Part shown: positions 23,502 through 37,810 of the stretch, in pieces
Layout of the letters: each line of letters opens with the position of its first letter
Position numbering within the stretch: the stretch's first letter is position 1
NCBI GenBank assembly: GCA_964247055.1
Contig: OZ176054.1
Location: forward strand, 2,728,001-2,792,000
Direction: 5' to 3'
DNA length: 64,000 nt
Source: Paragordius varius
Lineage: Eukaryota; Animalia; Nematomorpha
Notes under the pieces: model-generated
Told to the model about the DNA's origin: nothing
Seen by the model: the letters and a program-made list of their open reading frames with translations, nothing else
Databases searched by the model: none
Translations under genes and position numbers: made by a program

Positions 23502-25526
23502 AAGGAAGTAATCAATAATTATATATTTATATATGGAATGAAAAAATATACCTAGGTAAAACAACTAAACGGAAACCTAACGACAATTATTTGTTATAAT
23601 AATAATAATGAAAATGATATTAAAAATATTGAGACAGGGAACACAAAATAGCGCGGGGAGGGGGGGTGAAGTGAAAAAATAATTGTAATCTATTAATTCT
23701 TTAATGATTTAAAGCTAAGAGCATGGGAAATAAAAGGAAAATATCTTGTGTGATTTCTTTAATGTAACATAGTTTAAGTAAAAAAATAAAATAATATGTG
23801 ATAATTAATAATACTTATAAAAATGTGTGCGGAAAAAATTTTGGTGATAATGATTGATACCTGTTGGCAACCTTTTTATAATAGCTTTTTTTCTTTCTAT
23901 CTAATTCAAATAGAAAAATATTTGGTTAGTTATGTGTGACATGTCTTTATATCAATATTTATTAAGTTTTTCCTACTCTCATTTAGCAGTATATCATAAT
24001 TGAATTGATATTTCAAATTTGATGATGTTCACATTTATACAGATAGCTTGAAAGTTATAAGATTTGAACAATTTATAATTATGATTTAGTATGTCACAAC
24101 AGTTAACTATTATATAAAATGCAAACTCTTGCACAAAATTTATGATTTTGTCTTCATGATTTTGTCATGCTTGGTTAGAATTCGACACGCGATATTACAA
24201 AATTTATTGAGATATGTCTGTTAACAATAAAAAATGTGATGTTTGATATACCAATGCTTCTCAAATTATTATTTATAAGTTGTAGAAATCTAGAAGAATG
24301 TTTAAAGGCATGTGCCATTAACATCCATACTGATGTTAGTCAATTCACCTTATTGTTGACCAATTGGTAATACAGTAGCGTATGATACAAAACAAATTTT
24401 GTCCATAATTAAATAAAAATTGATGTCGTAAGATACGAAAAATTGTAATTTATTACCAATTGCTGTTTTTATCCATATGCTACTGTGTTGTCAATTGACC
24501 AAAAATAATGTGAATGTATATATTTGATCATGACTAAGATGTCTCAGAATGATGACGATTTTTACGATTAGAAAATCTATGAATTTTTCGTGGAGGTACA
24601 ATTATATATTGGAAAAGCAAACATTTGTACCACTTAAATGCCTAAAAATCACTTCTAATGTTTAGTTTTTTTCCATATAATGTGTGATGTTTCTGGAGTC
24701 ACCAAAGCTTTAACACTCATAAATTCAGTTTTCTCACATTGGTGTAAAAAAAGTGAGAGGTTTTGGGATTAATGTGACATATTTGCATAACCGGGCCTTC
24801 TAACAATGCCAAATTTGAATAGTTCATTTTAGTTGACATGTATTTTGAATCAAAAACACCTTGTTCAATACAATGAAATGGCTGCATATGAAATGTGATT
24901 TATTATTTTAATTTTATTAAAATTACTTAAACATTTGTTATAAGTTACGTTTTAGTATTTTATCGGTATAATCATCGTTGTAAAACATGCATGTTTTAAA
25001 GTAAAGTGTCCAACAATTTTTAAAAATGACAGTAGAAATAAAGGCCCCTCATATATCAACATATTAAATGGATTAAATTATAAATGAATAAGAAAATTTG
25101 TATACTATGGAATTGAGAACATATCAGAAATAATCGCATTCCTAACTGTAAAATTATGTGCACGAAAACGCCTAAATTATTTTGAATAATTCATTATGAC
25201 TGTATGGAGAGCGGTGATTTAAAAATCTAAGAATATGAGAGTTCTTTATGATTATATCATTGATCTATCCTATCATATTGTGTATAAATGACTTTTACGC
25301 CATACGTTATTTTTGTTTTATCCGTTTGCAATAGAAATGGTTCCGGTTTCAAAAAAAAGCATTTACAGATAATCTAATATTGCTAAAATGTCATTGATAG
25401 CCACAAACAAACTATTAACTATATATATAAAATGCAGTGGTACCAAGCGGCCACCCATGGGCCTTATGACCTAAAAGTGCTTTTTATGGCGCTGAAACAA
25501 CTTATTTAATTTTTGATGATCTAATG

Positions 25527-25725
25527 CAGGGATGTCCAACATGCTTTTTTGGTAAGCAGTGCTCAAAATAATGTGAGATAAAAAAAATGTGTGATAAAAA
25601 AATGGGTTAATTAAAAAATTTACGCGTTATTTAGCTGATATATCACCCGAAATTGGGCTCAAAAAAACAAAAAAAAATAAAAATTATCAAAGCAGCGGCG
25701 AAAACATTTGTGTTAGATACCCCTG
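25527..25725. mobile_element. hAT-type MITE, same terminal family as 21339-21634
   Basis: CAGGGATGTCCAACA ... TGTTAGATACCCCTG termini; TSD not convincing. Confidence 0.5.
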
Positions 25726-28029
25726 ATTTATAATTGCATATCTGTCAAACAGAGCTATATAATAATAGTTGTTTAGTGGTGCACGGTCGGTCCTACTTCA
25801 ATGTAAAAATAAAAATAGAAATTAATTTAAATATAGGGCTTTCAAAGTCGATGAAGATTCTTTCTAATAGTGTATTCAATCGTAAAAGTTCAGTTTTTTA
25901 TATACATTTTGGTCAGACATTGTTTTTATATTAACCTTAAATTAAATACTAAATTTATTCTATGAAATGCTAAAAATCATGTGAGAAATTCCAATCCATC
26001 TCATCTAATTCATGGATGGCACTTTGCTAATTATGTTGGTATTCAAAGGAAAAAAAATCAAATTTTCTAGCAATAGCTTTTGATTGCATTTTTTTCTCAA
26101 CACTGATGAAAATATAAATATATAATTATATTATTATATATTAGATTTGAGACAAAGGCTTCTTTCCTACTAAATTAAATTATTAATGGGTTTGCGATAA
26201 TTTTGATAAAAAAATTACGGTACAACATATATTAATGATGATGAGAAATAATTTAAAACTCAGGTTAAACTGATTTTTCTATATTGTATTGTTAGGATCC
26301 TATTATTCTCTATATACTATATGGCTTTAAGTCCAACTATTTTATCACCATCCCAGTCAACACACCTAATAAATTATTAATTTTGTGTGGTTTATTTGTG
26401 GTGTTTTTGCGTTAGCAAGCTCTCATTTTAAATCCAAATAAGGCAATTATTTTATCATTACACACTGTTTTTTACATTTAGGTAACACACTAAATAAAGA
26501 TGAGTTATTTAAAATTAATTATCGCTATTGGATAGATATTCCAAGCATTTATAGAACTTAATATGGTTTTACTGGTGGTATTAGAGACAATACTTCTATA
26601 TAATTAGATACTACACAAACTAACTAATTCCAAGTATGCACGAAACAAAGGTAATTATTCCAAAATTATGTGTATTAATAATTAAAAATACCAACATGCT
26701 GTGTTTTTTTACCTGGTTGGTATTACAAAGTAATTAAGGTATGCAAGCTTGTAAGTTACTTAATATAAAAAGGATCAAATTAGTAAAAATGTTGCATGTA
26801 GCACACATAATAATAACAATACTAATTAAATATCGATTGTTTTTAAGCAAATATGCAAAAACTAAGTATGAGTCTTAAATATTTTTAATTCTTTTATTTG
26901 TTAAAAATAATATTTGCCAAATATGGATTCAACATAAAATACTCTACTTTAGCAGATATTTTGTTATAATATTTTTATGATGGTGTAACATTTATTTAAC
27001 ACAGTAATTTTTGTGATTGGCTTAAATATTAAATAATCTATATTAACAATCAAAATGGCATCAGTTTTAAATGTATTTCTAGGGTTAGGCTTTGAATATA
27101 TATTTACATTTTTTTCCCGAATGTAAAATAATGTTAAGCAATATTTTAATTTTAATATGGTATCAAATAGTTTAATAAAAAATTAATATTTTTTGAATCC
27201 CAAATGATAGATAAAATAATTATGAAACCAAAATTTTTAGCATAAAAAACAAATTTATTACATAAGTGATATACTTTATTACAAAAAATTGAATCATTAA
27301 ATATAGCAAATAATTTCCACTGCATGTTTATGGATCAAGACATTATAAATATCTACCATTAAATATTAAAAAGTGATAAAAAAATATGAACCATAAATTT
27401 AATTTTTAACAAAAAAAATAAAATATAAATTATTCCGGCTTAACTATGCTTTCTCAGACACATTTACATTTCATTATATTGGGTGAAATTGTTATTGAGA
27501 AAAGCATTAAAATTTGTAAATTGCAAAATTTTTGCAGTAAAAATTATGATTTTAATGAAAAAGTCCAATCTTTTTTAGGAAACCATATTTAATCCTATGC
27601 TTTATAATCTACCAGATGTATCTATAAGGTGTTACCGATTTGCAGACGATTAATATAATACATACCCCATTTTCGTACATCTGCCATTAAACGACAAACT
27701 TAAACAAGTAGAGTCCTCCAAAACTAGCGTCTTATTTTCATGATTAAGCAATCGTATTTAATTTAGCGCCTGAAAAATATTTAAGGAACATATTGTCTTC
27801 AGAAGAAAATGAATTTTAAAGTTGACGTTTGCGGGCATACATATGGTTAATATGCTCATTAATTAAAACATGGTCGAAATATAAAAAGTTTTTATTTCAT
27901 GTGAATATGGAAGCTCTGGTAGACCTCATAGCAAAGACGCTAAAGTTTAATAGTTATTGAATTATATATCATCAATTTAACAACAATTGGAAGAAGCATT
28001 AGTCAAAAAACAATAAATAGATGTTTATG

Positions 28030-28600
28030 AGCAAAGGGAAAGGCAAAAAAATTCGGTAAATGGGTCCCAATATAATTTAAATAACCACAAATCATAAATC
28101 GCGAAGTGACTTGTAAATTTTCCTCCAATGTCAGAAAAATAACTTTGCATCAAAAAGGGACGGATGATAATACTGGCTTTATTTTGTAAATCCATGGAGG
28201 ATAAATCCTGGCTTTTATCTAGCCAAGTCATTCCATACACAATAAGGTCAAATCGCTTCGGCAAGCAAACCATGCTCTGTGTTTGACAGAGCGGTGTGTT
28301 TCATGAACTTGTCCAGTGAAAATACGCATCACTATCGATAAAAAATGCCTAAAACCATACATTAATCGTAAAACAATCTAAACATGGCAAAACGACTTTA
28401 CTTGCCAATGATTCGTCTGGCACAGCAAAACTAACCAATGAAGGCCTTAGAATCGCCTCGATTAAAATTTTCCCGCAGCGCTGAGTTCTCCTGATCTGGC
28501 GCCATCTAACTAATTTTGCCTGAGAGATGAACGAAATGTGTTTAAATGTATAATATTTTAAATAATATTGATTTCCTCCCATACATGTGGTATTACCCAA
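28030..28600 (+). pseudogene. Heavily degraded mariner-type transposase remnant
   Basis: Fragments resembling WVP..L, KxMLCV, HD....AK.T and PDLAPS in shifting frames with stops; termini not found. Confidence 0.5.
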
Positions 28601-30812
28601 AAACCTCTAAAAACTGATGAAGACACTGATGTATGACGATGGTAAAATATGAAATTGAGTCCGTTACCAGTTAAAATCCTAAGTTTCGCACAAAACTAAA
28701 TTAGGAAGTGTGAAGTTTAATTTGGTTACGTTAACGAAATCGAAATATATGATTTTAAAATCGTTATAAGACGAGACATTTTCTGAACGTAAAAATTGAA
28801 ATTTTACGGCTAATTATTTCTGACAATCATATGTGACTTTTCACTAATATATTATATGGAAAAAAGATTTTGTGACCATGGATTTTTAAAAATATATATT
28901 AAAATATTATTGTGGTTGCATTTAAATTGTAAGATTTTCATCGCCTTGATCAACATTAATTATTTGCTTCATTGATTTTTCATAAAATTTTTAATTAAAT
29001 AAATGCAATAAATAAATTTTATTTTTATGGCGAAATTGGAAAATGGTGTTTTAGTGAAAAAGAACAAATATTTTAGGCAATAGCCTGAAAAGCAAATAAA
29101 TTGACAAAATCATGTAATTTTAAAAATAAAACTTTTGATACCTATTTTTAAAATTAATATCCCTATGTCGTATTAAGTAAAATTTTTCTTTTTGTATTTA
29201 AAAATTTATTTTGTCTAAAAATATTTTAATATAGAAATGCGACAGAGTAAGATCAATATAAGGTTAATAATATGATAACCTTAATTTCGAAATTAGCTAT
29301 AATATCACGCAATCAATGTGTGAAGAGGGAAAGACAGTTACAAGCTTAAAACACAATATTTCATATTTTTCATATATGTACAGTTAAGCTGGTTAATATT
29401 TTGATACTTCTTAGGAGAGCTCTAATCTAACATCCAATTTAGTTTAAATCAAGGTTTTGACGTAATGTCGAGAAATAATAATGACTAAATAAGTTTTACA
29501 TCACTACGATTCAAACGTATATTATGTAGATGGTAAAATGTCTTATTTCAATTATCTCCGAGGAAATTGATTTCGATATCTAAATATAGATAAAGATATA
29601 TAAATATATATCACTCGTTACACGCAAAGCCAATAGGTGATCAGCTATATAATTACATTCCAATAAGCATAAAGTAATGTAAAGAATAATGGTTTTATTT
29701 TTTCCCTAGATTCAAAAAATTATTTTCTACCATACAGTCTGATACCAAAAAATTTAATGTTTCAAAAAATCTTAAATGTGTCGTTTCAATAATGTTATCT
29801 GGTAAACTCTCTGTACTATGGTTACGAAGCCCTTAATTTCAAATCCTTATTCGTATTTATAAATTTTGTAACCCAGTCAAAATATGAATCCAATATTAAT
29901 ATAAAGTTATTTATTATGACATTTTTTTATCCAAACACAAATTTGATTTGTGCATCACATATGTAATTAAAAACTATGTTTATATTAAAGTGGTAGGAAA
30001 TCAATACCTTAGTTATAAATTTATTATAGATGCAATTTTCATGTTCACATAAATATGATTAACTCAAGTTCCAAACCAAAAAACCATAATTTAAATCTTT
30101 TACGTGTCATAAATCCAGTTAAGCTGAAGTGCAACATGGATTAATCTCAAATTCCAAGCCTAAAAACTATCACTTAACGCGTTTACATTGTAAATAAATA
30201 GATATATTAACCTTAATTAAAATGACTTAATTATAAATTGGGTAGAAATTAGATTTATCAGAAATTAAATATTTAAATATAAGTTAAACACTTTCGCCCA
30301 TAGTTATGACATATTGAGAATTTTAAACTATCTAATTTTGGGTTCAAAATTCTTTGAAATTTGGGTAATAATAATTAATACCATCAGCTTTTATGCTTTG
30401 AATTTGGAGATATCTTTCGATAATAGAAAGGAGTATAGTAAATTCGCATATAAAAAATTTTTTGAATTGGTTTTGTTTTAGAAAAATTATTCTGGAATTT
30501 TATCTTAAAAATTATCTATTAATTTAAATACATTAATTTGTTGGGTTTATTGGCAAAAATTTTTAAAATCTAATTTTAAAATCATATGTAAATCTCTTTC
30601 AGAAATCGGTGGTATTAAAAAATATCCAAATAAGCAATTATTTAGTTAGAAATTTGTATCAGAATTAGCTCTTGACAAAAAAATCTATTTGGAATAATGT
30701 GAGCTAATTTTGCGATTTTTCGATAATAGTCATGTAGCACAAAAGTGTAAAGATGTTTCTTAAATCATTGGTTACTAAAACAAAAGCACCATGAGAACTC
30801 ATTTTTTTACAA

Positions 30813-30857
<45 letters not shown>

Positions 30858-32565
30858 GGGCGAGAATATATTTTTTATTCAAAATTTTCAAATGTTTTTA
30901 ACTAGATTTTTTATTGATTTATTAAAATTATTTATAAACCTGGGCTTTAATAAATATTTTAAAAATTATGCTAATCTAATCGAGTGCCGAATCGAAATTT
31001 AAGTTTCTGCCGTTTTGAAATAAAGAACAATACGAACGGTTGCATAATGTGTTATGATTTTTATCAGTTTTTGTCAATTTCGATAAAATATTAAGTTTTT
31101 CAATTTTTTTACACAACCGCAATCAAACCTATTTAATAAAAAAATTGAAATCAAAACGTCAAATACAGTCTTTAGAACCACAATTCCAATCAAAAATAGG
31201 CTTGAACATGAGATAAATCTTGGTTAAAAACTCTGCGATATTTTTAAAGAGTTATATTTGGGACTAAAATGACGTTCTCAAAATCTAATTTTTGATATAC
31301 AAATTAGAGATTTATAGGGTTAATGTTGGGTAAAATACTTAGGCAACATGTATAGGTAATAGATGTTATAATTATATAGCACAATTATAAAGTAAATTTT
31401 TAAGTATTTAACTATTTTTGCATCTGTTTAAGGTCACTAAAAAGGAATTAGTTAGTTGTTTGTCAATTTTAAAAGGCTTTTAAATAAATAGTTTTAAACA
31501 TGTAATAGAAAATAAAAAATAATGATGACAAATTGTAATTTAAATTCTATTACGAGCTATTTGATGCATTAAGTAATTAATTCAGAGTTAATTATATTCT
31601 TTTAAGTTAAGCCTTTTTAGGATGAACATTATTAATGGGAAAAACAGCAATTTTGCGATATATTGCATGTTTTATGAGACACAGGTAGTTAAACTTCCTT
31701 AACTTTATCCTTGATATTTATTACTGATATGTTTAAAGTTTTATTTTTAAAGATTTAAACTGCTTACATTTCAAATTTGGCAATAATTAATTATAAGTAA
31801 ATTTAAAAATAGTAGTAATGTATTTTTCTTGAGGTAACACTATTTTCGCCAGTCAAATATACTATATTCTTAAATTTTTGAATATATATATTGTTTTTAA
31901 ACAAAAATTTGAAGTTAGCCGTACAAAACTAACTTTTATAAGAAATATTGATTGTAATTCCCCAACGCATCGTATTTCAACAAAGTATGTGTACATCTTC
32001 AAATTGCGTAGATTTTGAAACAAAATAATTTATATATGAAAGACAACAACTTTCTCAATAATTATTATAAATAATTATTATGTATTTAAGAAATGCCTTT
32101 CTTCCTATAAAATAACTACACTATTACCTATTTATTGGAGGAACGTTTTGATTTATATATTTATTATGCATAATTTTACTTTATTAATTAATCCATCACA
32201 ATTCAAGTCAATCGTAAAATTTGCTGTTCAAAATCCTACTAATTAATTGAAAATATTTTGGAGCGAACACTAAAATTAAAATAAATCAGACTATGTATAT
32301 TTGAGATTAACTGTTATAATATTATATGTATAATTACTTTAAGTTCCTCGGGGGGCAGTTTTCATAAAGAAAGATCAATGATTCAAATCAATAGGATCAT
32401 TTCGCTCCTCATATATTTCAAAATAAAAGCCAAAAAGCAAAAAAACTTAATCAAAAAAGAAAAAATAGTTATTGTGCCAAAATAAATTATAATGATAATA
32501 ATACACTGTCTACAAAAACAATAAATATAAATATATTTTTAATATAAAAATATGGAATTTTTTGA

Positions 32566-32596
<31 letters not shown>

Positions 32597-34711
32597 CCAA
32601 GTAGACTAGACCTCTACCGAAACATTGTGACAACTCTGGTGGAGGATCTAACAAAAAACATAAAAGAAAAAAAATGATCAATATATGATGTCTATTTTTA
32701 TTTTTATTTTTGCTTTCATAAACATGGAGGAACTTCAAAAAAAATTACTTTGATTAACAATTATAGTTGACTTTTATGAAGTAAAGCATTAGATGTTAAG
32801 TCTCGAAAAAATATATATATCTTATAAAACCTAAAAATTTTATATAAAATTGATTTATAAACAATAATAGAAGGAATAATCCCAAATACATTAATATTTT
32901 GGTTTTTAGTATATTATTAACTATCGAACAAGTTTTTTGAAATCCTAATACACTTATCTATCATATATTTTTTATAAACCCGCTATATTATTTATAAAAA
33001 TATTTCAAAAACGGAAAATAGATCAAAAATTCACATATACCACCAATAATTGCTCCTTTTATCTTTTAATATTACATTACCTTTTCATTTTCTTGTAGAA
33101 TACGTTTTGGGGTAGTCAAACTACTTGTAAATTAACTATATTGTTAATGTTATTTTGATTAAAATTTAATTATAAACTTTGTACTGCTGTCTTAGATAAA
33201 ACAGCTGATATTTTGCAGTTTTAACTTCCAAAATGGAAATCGGGATAGCTACGAAATCTGATTTATACAAACAGTGCAATTTAAAAAAAATCTATTAAGC
33301 TAAATTAATAACTTACATTTTCAAAATTTACTTTTTTGGGGGGATTTACAAAAAAACTCAATTAAAAAAATAGCGGCAAATATTGGATGACGATGTTTTA
33401 CCGTTTGATTTACCCTAAAAGCGCCCTGCAATACAAAACTCGTTAATTAATATAGTATTAAAAACGAAAAGGCTGTCACAAACTAATTTTATGTCAATAA
33501 TATTTTAAATAACCTAATATAATTATAAATATTCTTTTAAGAAATATATCCATTTTTGGAACTTTTTATATCAATAAAAATATCTTTTTTTTAATTTTAG
33601 AGTAAAATTAATTTTGGTTTTTTATTAAATGCATAGGAACTGAAAAAATAGTTTGTTTCAAACCCACTTCTCGCAAAATCGGGGGATATCCTGATGAAGT
33701 ATATAAATTCTGATAGATATATCAGGATTCGCATAATGCTGTTTTGGTTTTGAGACTCACGAGTGTAAGAATTATTTGCGTTGTTGTGGTTGCACGATAC
33801 CGAAAAATCTAACATTTAGCGCACAATATTTGATAAAAAAATTTGGATAAGACCAAATCCTTTATTCTAAATAACATTATAAATGTATGATACATTTTAT
33901 TGAAAAGCAAAACAATAATTTTGTAAAATTTTAATTTTTACATAGGGCCCCGAAAGTCCCAAATTTTATCGCCCTTCTAAAATAAGCTAGTTTTCCTAAA
34001 AAACGTGAAAATGCCTAAAATGCGATAGAACTTTTCAATATTGGCTAAATCAGTGATACTCAAACAGCGGACACGGGCAGCATGCAACACTAAGTGCTTT
34101 TTTATGGCCCTGAATTATTACATATTTTGGTCTAATTATTTGGAGTACAAATATCCACAAATTTATCAAACAGCACTGCGAAAATTTTATCGGTTTGGCC
34201 CTTAAGAAAAATATTTTTTGGCCCTTTAAAATTTATTGATAAGCACCTCTGGGCTAGGTTATGGCATCAAATAAACAATTTTTTGTGCATAATTTCAATA
34301 TAAATATTAACAAATTTTGTTAAAGACTATTTTGAGGCATGATGGAACTCTTTAAAATATGAAACAAAAATATATAATTTAATGATGCTGAAAATTTCTA
34401 TCATCACACTTTGATTAATATATTTGTTTGTCTTCAAATTTATATTTATACGAATTTTTAAATAACATTCTGAGGCAATAGAAAGAGTGTTTATATAGAT
34501 AAAGTTTTATACCGTTAAAACATGCCTAAAAGCACCATAAAACTCGCTCCACCAAAATTTTCTTATAAATTAAATTTTTAAGCAATTATTCATGTTTTTG
34601 TTAAAATTTAGCTTATATTTAAATTTTTAATTGTAAATTGTTGGTATTTTTGCGCTTATTTATCCCATTTTTGAAGGGCAAAAAAATTTGGGACTCTTGC
34701 CCATAACTTAT

Positions 34712-35486
34712 CCTAGTTTACCTTTTGGAGTAGTTTTATATCATAGAGCCCAACTTTGCAAAACTACAGTTTTGAAAGTTATTTTAGTTAATATTTAATT
34801 ATCAAACATTGTTCTCATATACAGAGCGTCCACAAAAAACAACCTGATAAAATATAAATGTTCTGATAGGAAAAAGTATCAGGATTATCATTTATGCTTT
34901 TGGTTTTGGCTCTTACGAGTGATTAAGGAATTTATTTACAATTTTGCGCTAAGTGCTCCATATTAAAAAATGGCAAAATTTACGAACATATTTTTAAATA
35001 ATTTTGGGGGAAGCTTGAGGTTTCATTGCAAAATATATAATAATTTACATATAAAAAGCAAAAAATATTTTCAAAAAAATAATTTTTAGATGTGCCGAGA
35101 GCCCCAATTTTTTTTCTGAAATGGGCAGTCCTGTTAAAAAAACACAAAAGTGCCGGATCGAGCGATATTTAATCATATGCTAAATTTAGATAACATTTAA
35201 AAATATTTTTAATTAAATGCATACTTTCAAAAATTAAATTTTTACCAAAATTTTGTTTAAGCGTGCCTCATACTATTTTGAGTCGTGAAGGAAAAAAATT
35301 TTATATAAGCGTGCCTCATACTTTGAGTCGTGATGGAAATGGTTAAACAACGGTTTAACACTTCATTACATTTTAACTATTTTGCCCTAGTCTATATTTT
35401 GGGGTAGTTTTATATCACAGAGCTCAAATTTCGTAAATAAACTACAGTTATGAAAGTTATTTTAGTTAAATTTATTATCAAACATT
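34712..35486 (+). repeat. Pair of diverged direct repeats of about 100 bp (34712-34810 and 35386-35486)
   Basis: Shared CCTAGT..TTTTGG.GTAGTTTTATATCA.AGAGC..AA..AACTACAGTT.TGAAAGTTATTTT..ATTATCAAACATT. Confidence 0.7.
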
Positions 35487-35689
35487 ATTTCTATTACATA
35501 TAAAAGAATAAATTTTTTTACAGTTTGACTTCTAGCCTAAAATTGGGACAGCTCCAAACGATTAAAGCGAACAGCTGATATTAAAATCAAATATCCAATT
35601 TCTGATAAAATGTAGCCTAGAGCTACTTAAAGTTAATTATTTACATTTTATATAGTCATAAACATTCATTTGCCTGTTACATCAGCTAT

Positions 35690-36262
35690 TTAACACTTCG
35701 ATTCAAATTGGGGTATCTAAATACCCCAGACTAAATTTAAGTTAGGATTTTTAAAAAACTACTGAAGGAAACGGTCCCAATTTAAATTTATGTTTCTATC
35801 CTGATAAAAATTATATAAATATGCCAAAATATCTTGATAATATTTTGTTTTGAAAAAATAGTTTCCGACGCCATTTTTATTTTACAAAATTTTTGCAATA
35901 TATCATCTTCATTTAATTTTAAGGGTAGAACTAAAGCTAAATTTTAATATAAATTACATCTAACATTGATAGTAATAGAAAAAGCGGTTTATTTTGTATT
36001 ATTTTTTAATTTTACCAATTGACACATGTCACGTTGACGAAATTTTTACCTTTCGGTTTTAGCTTAAAATATTAAATAGCAAATATTTTTGAATAATTTT
36101 TTATATATTAGGTTTGTTAATGTTATATAAGTGCAAAATTTTGCCATGGCTTCGATTCCTGCCATACTTTTTAAAGTATTTGATTTTAAACAGGCCTGGG
36201 GTATCCTACTACCCTAATTTGAATCGAAGGACTAAAATGAGTGTGTTGTATCCAAGTGTTAA
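35690..36262 (-). mobile_element. piggyBac-like MITE, copy 2
   Basis: TTAA at both ends; reverse complement of 3259-3846 along its length. Confidence 0.82.
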
Positions 36263-36325
36263 AAAAATAATAGAAAAATAAATAGAGGGAAAAATGTTTG
36301 AGATGATTTTTTAAAATTTTACATT

Positions 36326-36883
36326 TTAACACTTGGATACAATGAATTCATTTTAGTCTTTCGATTAAAATTGTGGCAGTTAGATAACCCAGGTGTGCTT
36401 AAAATTCAATATTTTAAAAAATATGTAATAAATACAAACAATGGCAAATGTTTCCACTTATATGACATTAATAAACCGAATACAATAAAAAATCATCAGA
36501 TATATTTGATATAAAATATTTAAAGGTAAATCCCAAAGGTAAAAATTTAGGCAACATCATATGTGCATAAGCTAAATATAAAAATAATGCAAAATATACC
36601 ACTTTGTATGTTCATATCTGACGTAATAAAAAAGTAAACTAAATTTTAGGCTTAGAAAAACATGATATTTTGCAAAAAATTAAAAATAAAAATGGCGTCG
36701 ATATAGTTTGATATGGAACTTTTTTTAAAACCAAATTATATTTAGATGTTTCGGCTTATTCATATAATTTTTATTAGGATAATAAATTTAAATTGGAACC
36801 ATTTCTTTCAGTAGTTTTATAAAGATATAAATTTAAATATTGTGTGGGGTATTTAGATATCCCAATTTGAATCAAAGTGTTAA
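36326..36883 (+). mobile_element. piggyBac-like MITE, copy 3 (more diverged)
   Basis: TTAA-CACTTGGATAC start and GAATCAAAGTG-TTAA end; colinear with copy 1. Confidence 0.78.
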
Positions 36884-37810
36884 GAAAAAGGTGTTTGTAT
36901 AATGCGCTAAGGCTAAACAAAGTTTTTTTTTAAATTCGGGTTAATACCTTAAATTTTATATATTCGAATTTTAAATCATCTAGGGTATAAATTACCCCAA
37001 AAGAAAATGTTGAAATTTGTTAAAATATTTTTATTATATATTTTACTGATATATTTTAGGATGCATTAGAAAAAAATGTTGAGGTTTGAAATTTTCGCCA
37101 TTTTATATGAGCAATTACCAGAAAAGTGTAAATAACTATCTTAAATCACTCGTAAGGCCTTATAGGCAAACAAATACATCCTGATAATCCTGATACATCT
37201 ACGAGATATATAATTAATCAGAAAATTTTTTGCCACTGTGCATACTAAAAAATGCCGAAATATCAGCATTGATGCGACTTTTAAGAGAACCAGTTTGTTG
37301 GTGGTAGAACTTTGGGGCTTTCGGAACCCACCTTTATAATTTAAAATTTTATAAATATTGTTTTGCATTATTTATGTTGCTTATGTATTAGTGATATTTT
37401 TTAAAATGAAGCATTTTGCTTAAATAAAATATTTTATTTATAATATATACCAATTTTGCCAAACCATTTTCTGATGTAGTTGATTCCACAAAAGTGGCAA
37501 TACCTATATATAAAGTTTAAAAGCAGAAGCACCATAATAATTTAGGTCCAATTGTCCATCAGAATATATATTTTATCAGGATTAATGAGTGGACATCTTA
37601 GTTTCATTAAGGATAATTTTTTATATTAGACATCAAAATTATGAAATAATTTTGGAAACCACTCAATAAAACGGGAAATTAACTCATAATAATATAATTT
37701 TTTAGTTGAATGAAATTACATCCTGTATCAAATTAATTTTGGATTTTTTATATTTTATCAATGTTTACCCATTATGATCGTTGGTATGTTTTAATGAGTT
37801 AACAAAATTA

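Noticed and set aside
24100-24850. Slightly GC-richer stretch that might be a transposase relic
   Set aside because: No motif could be read with confidence and no termini were found.
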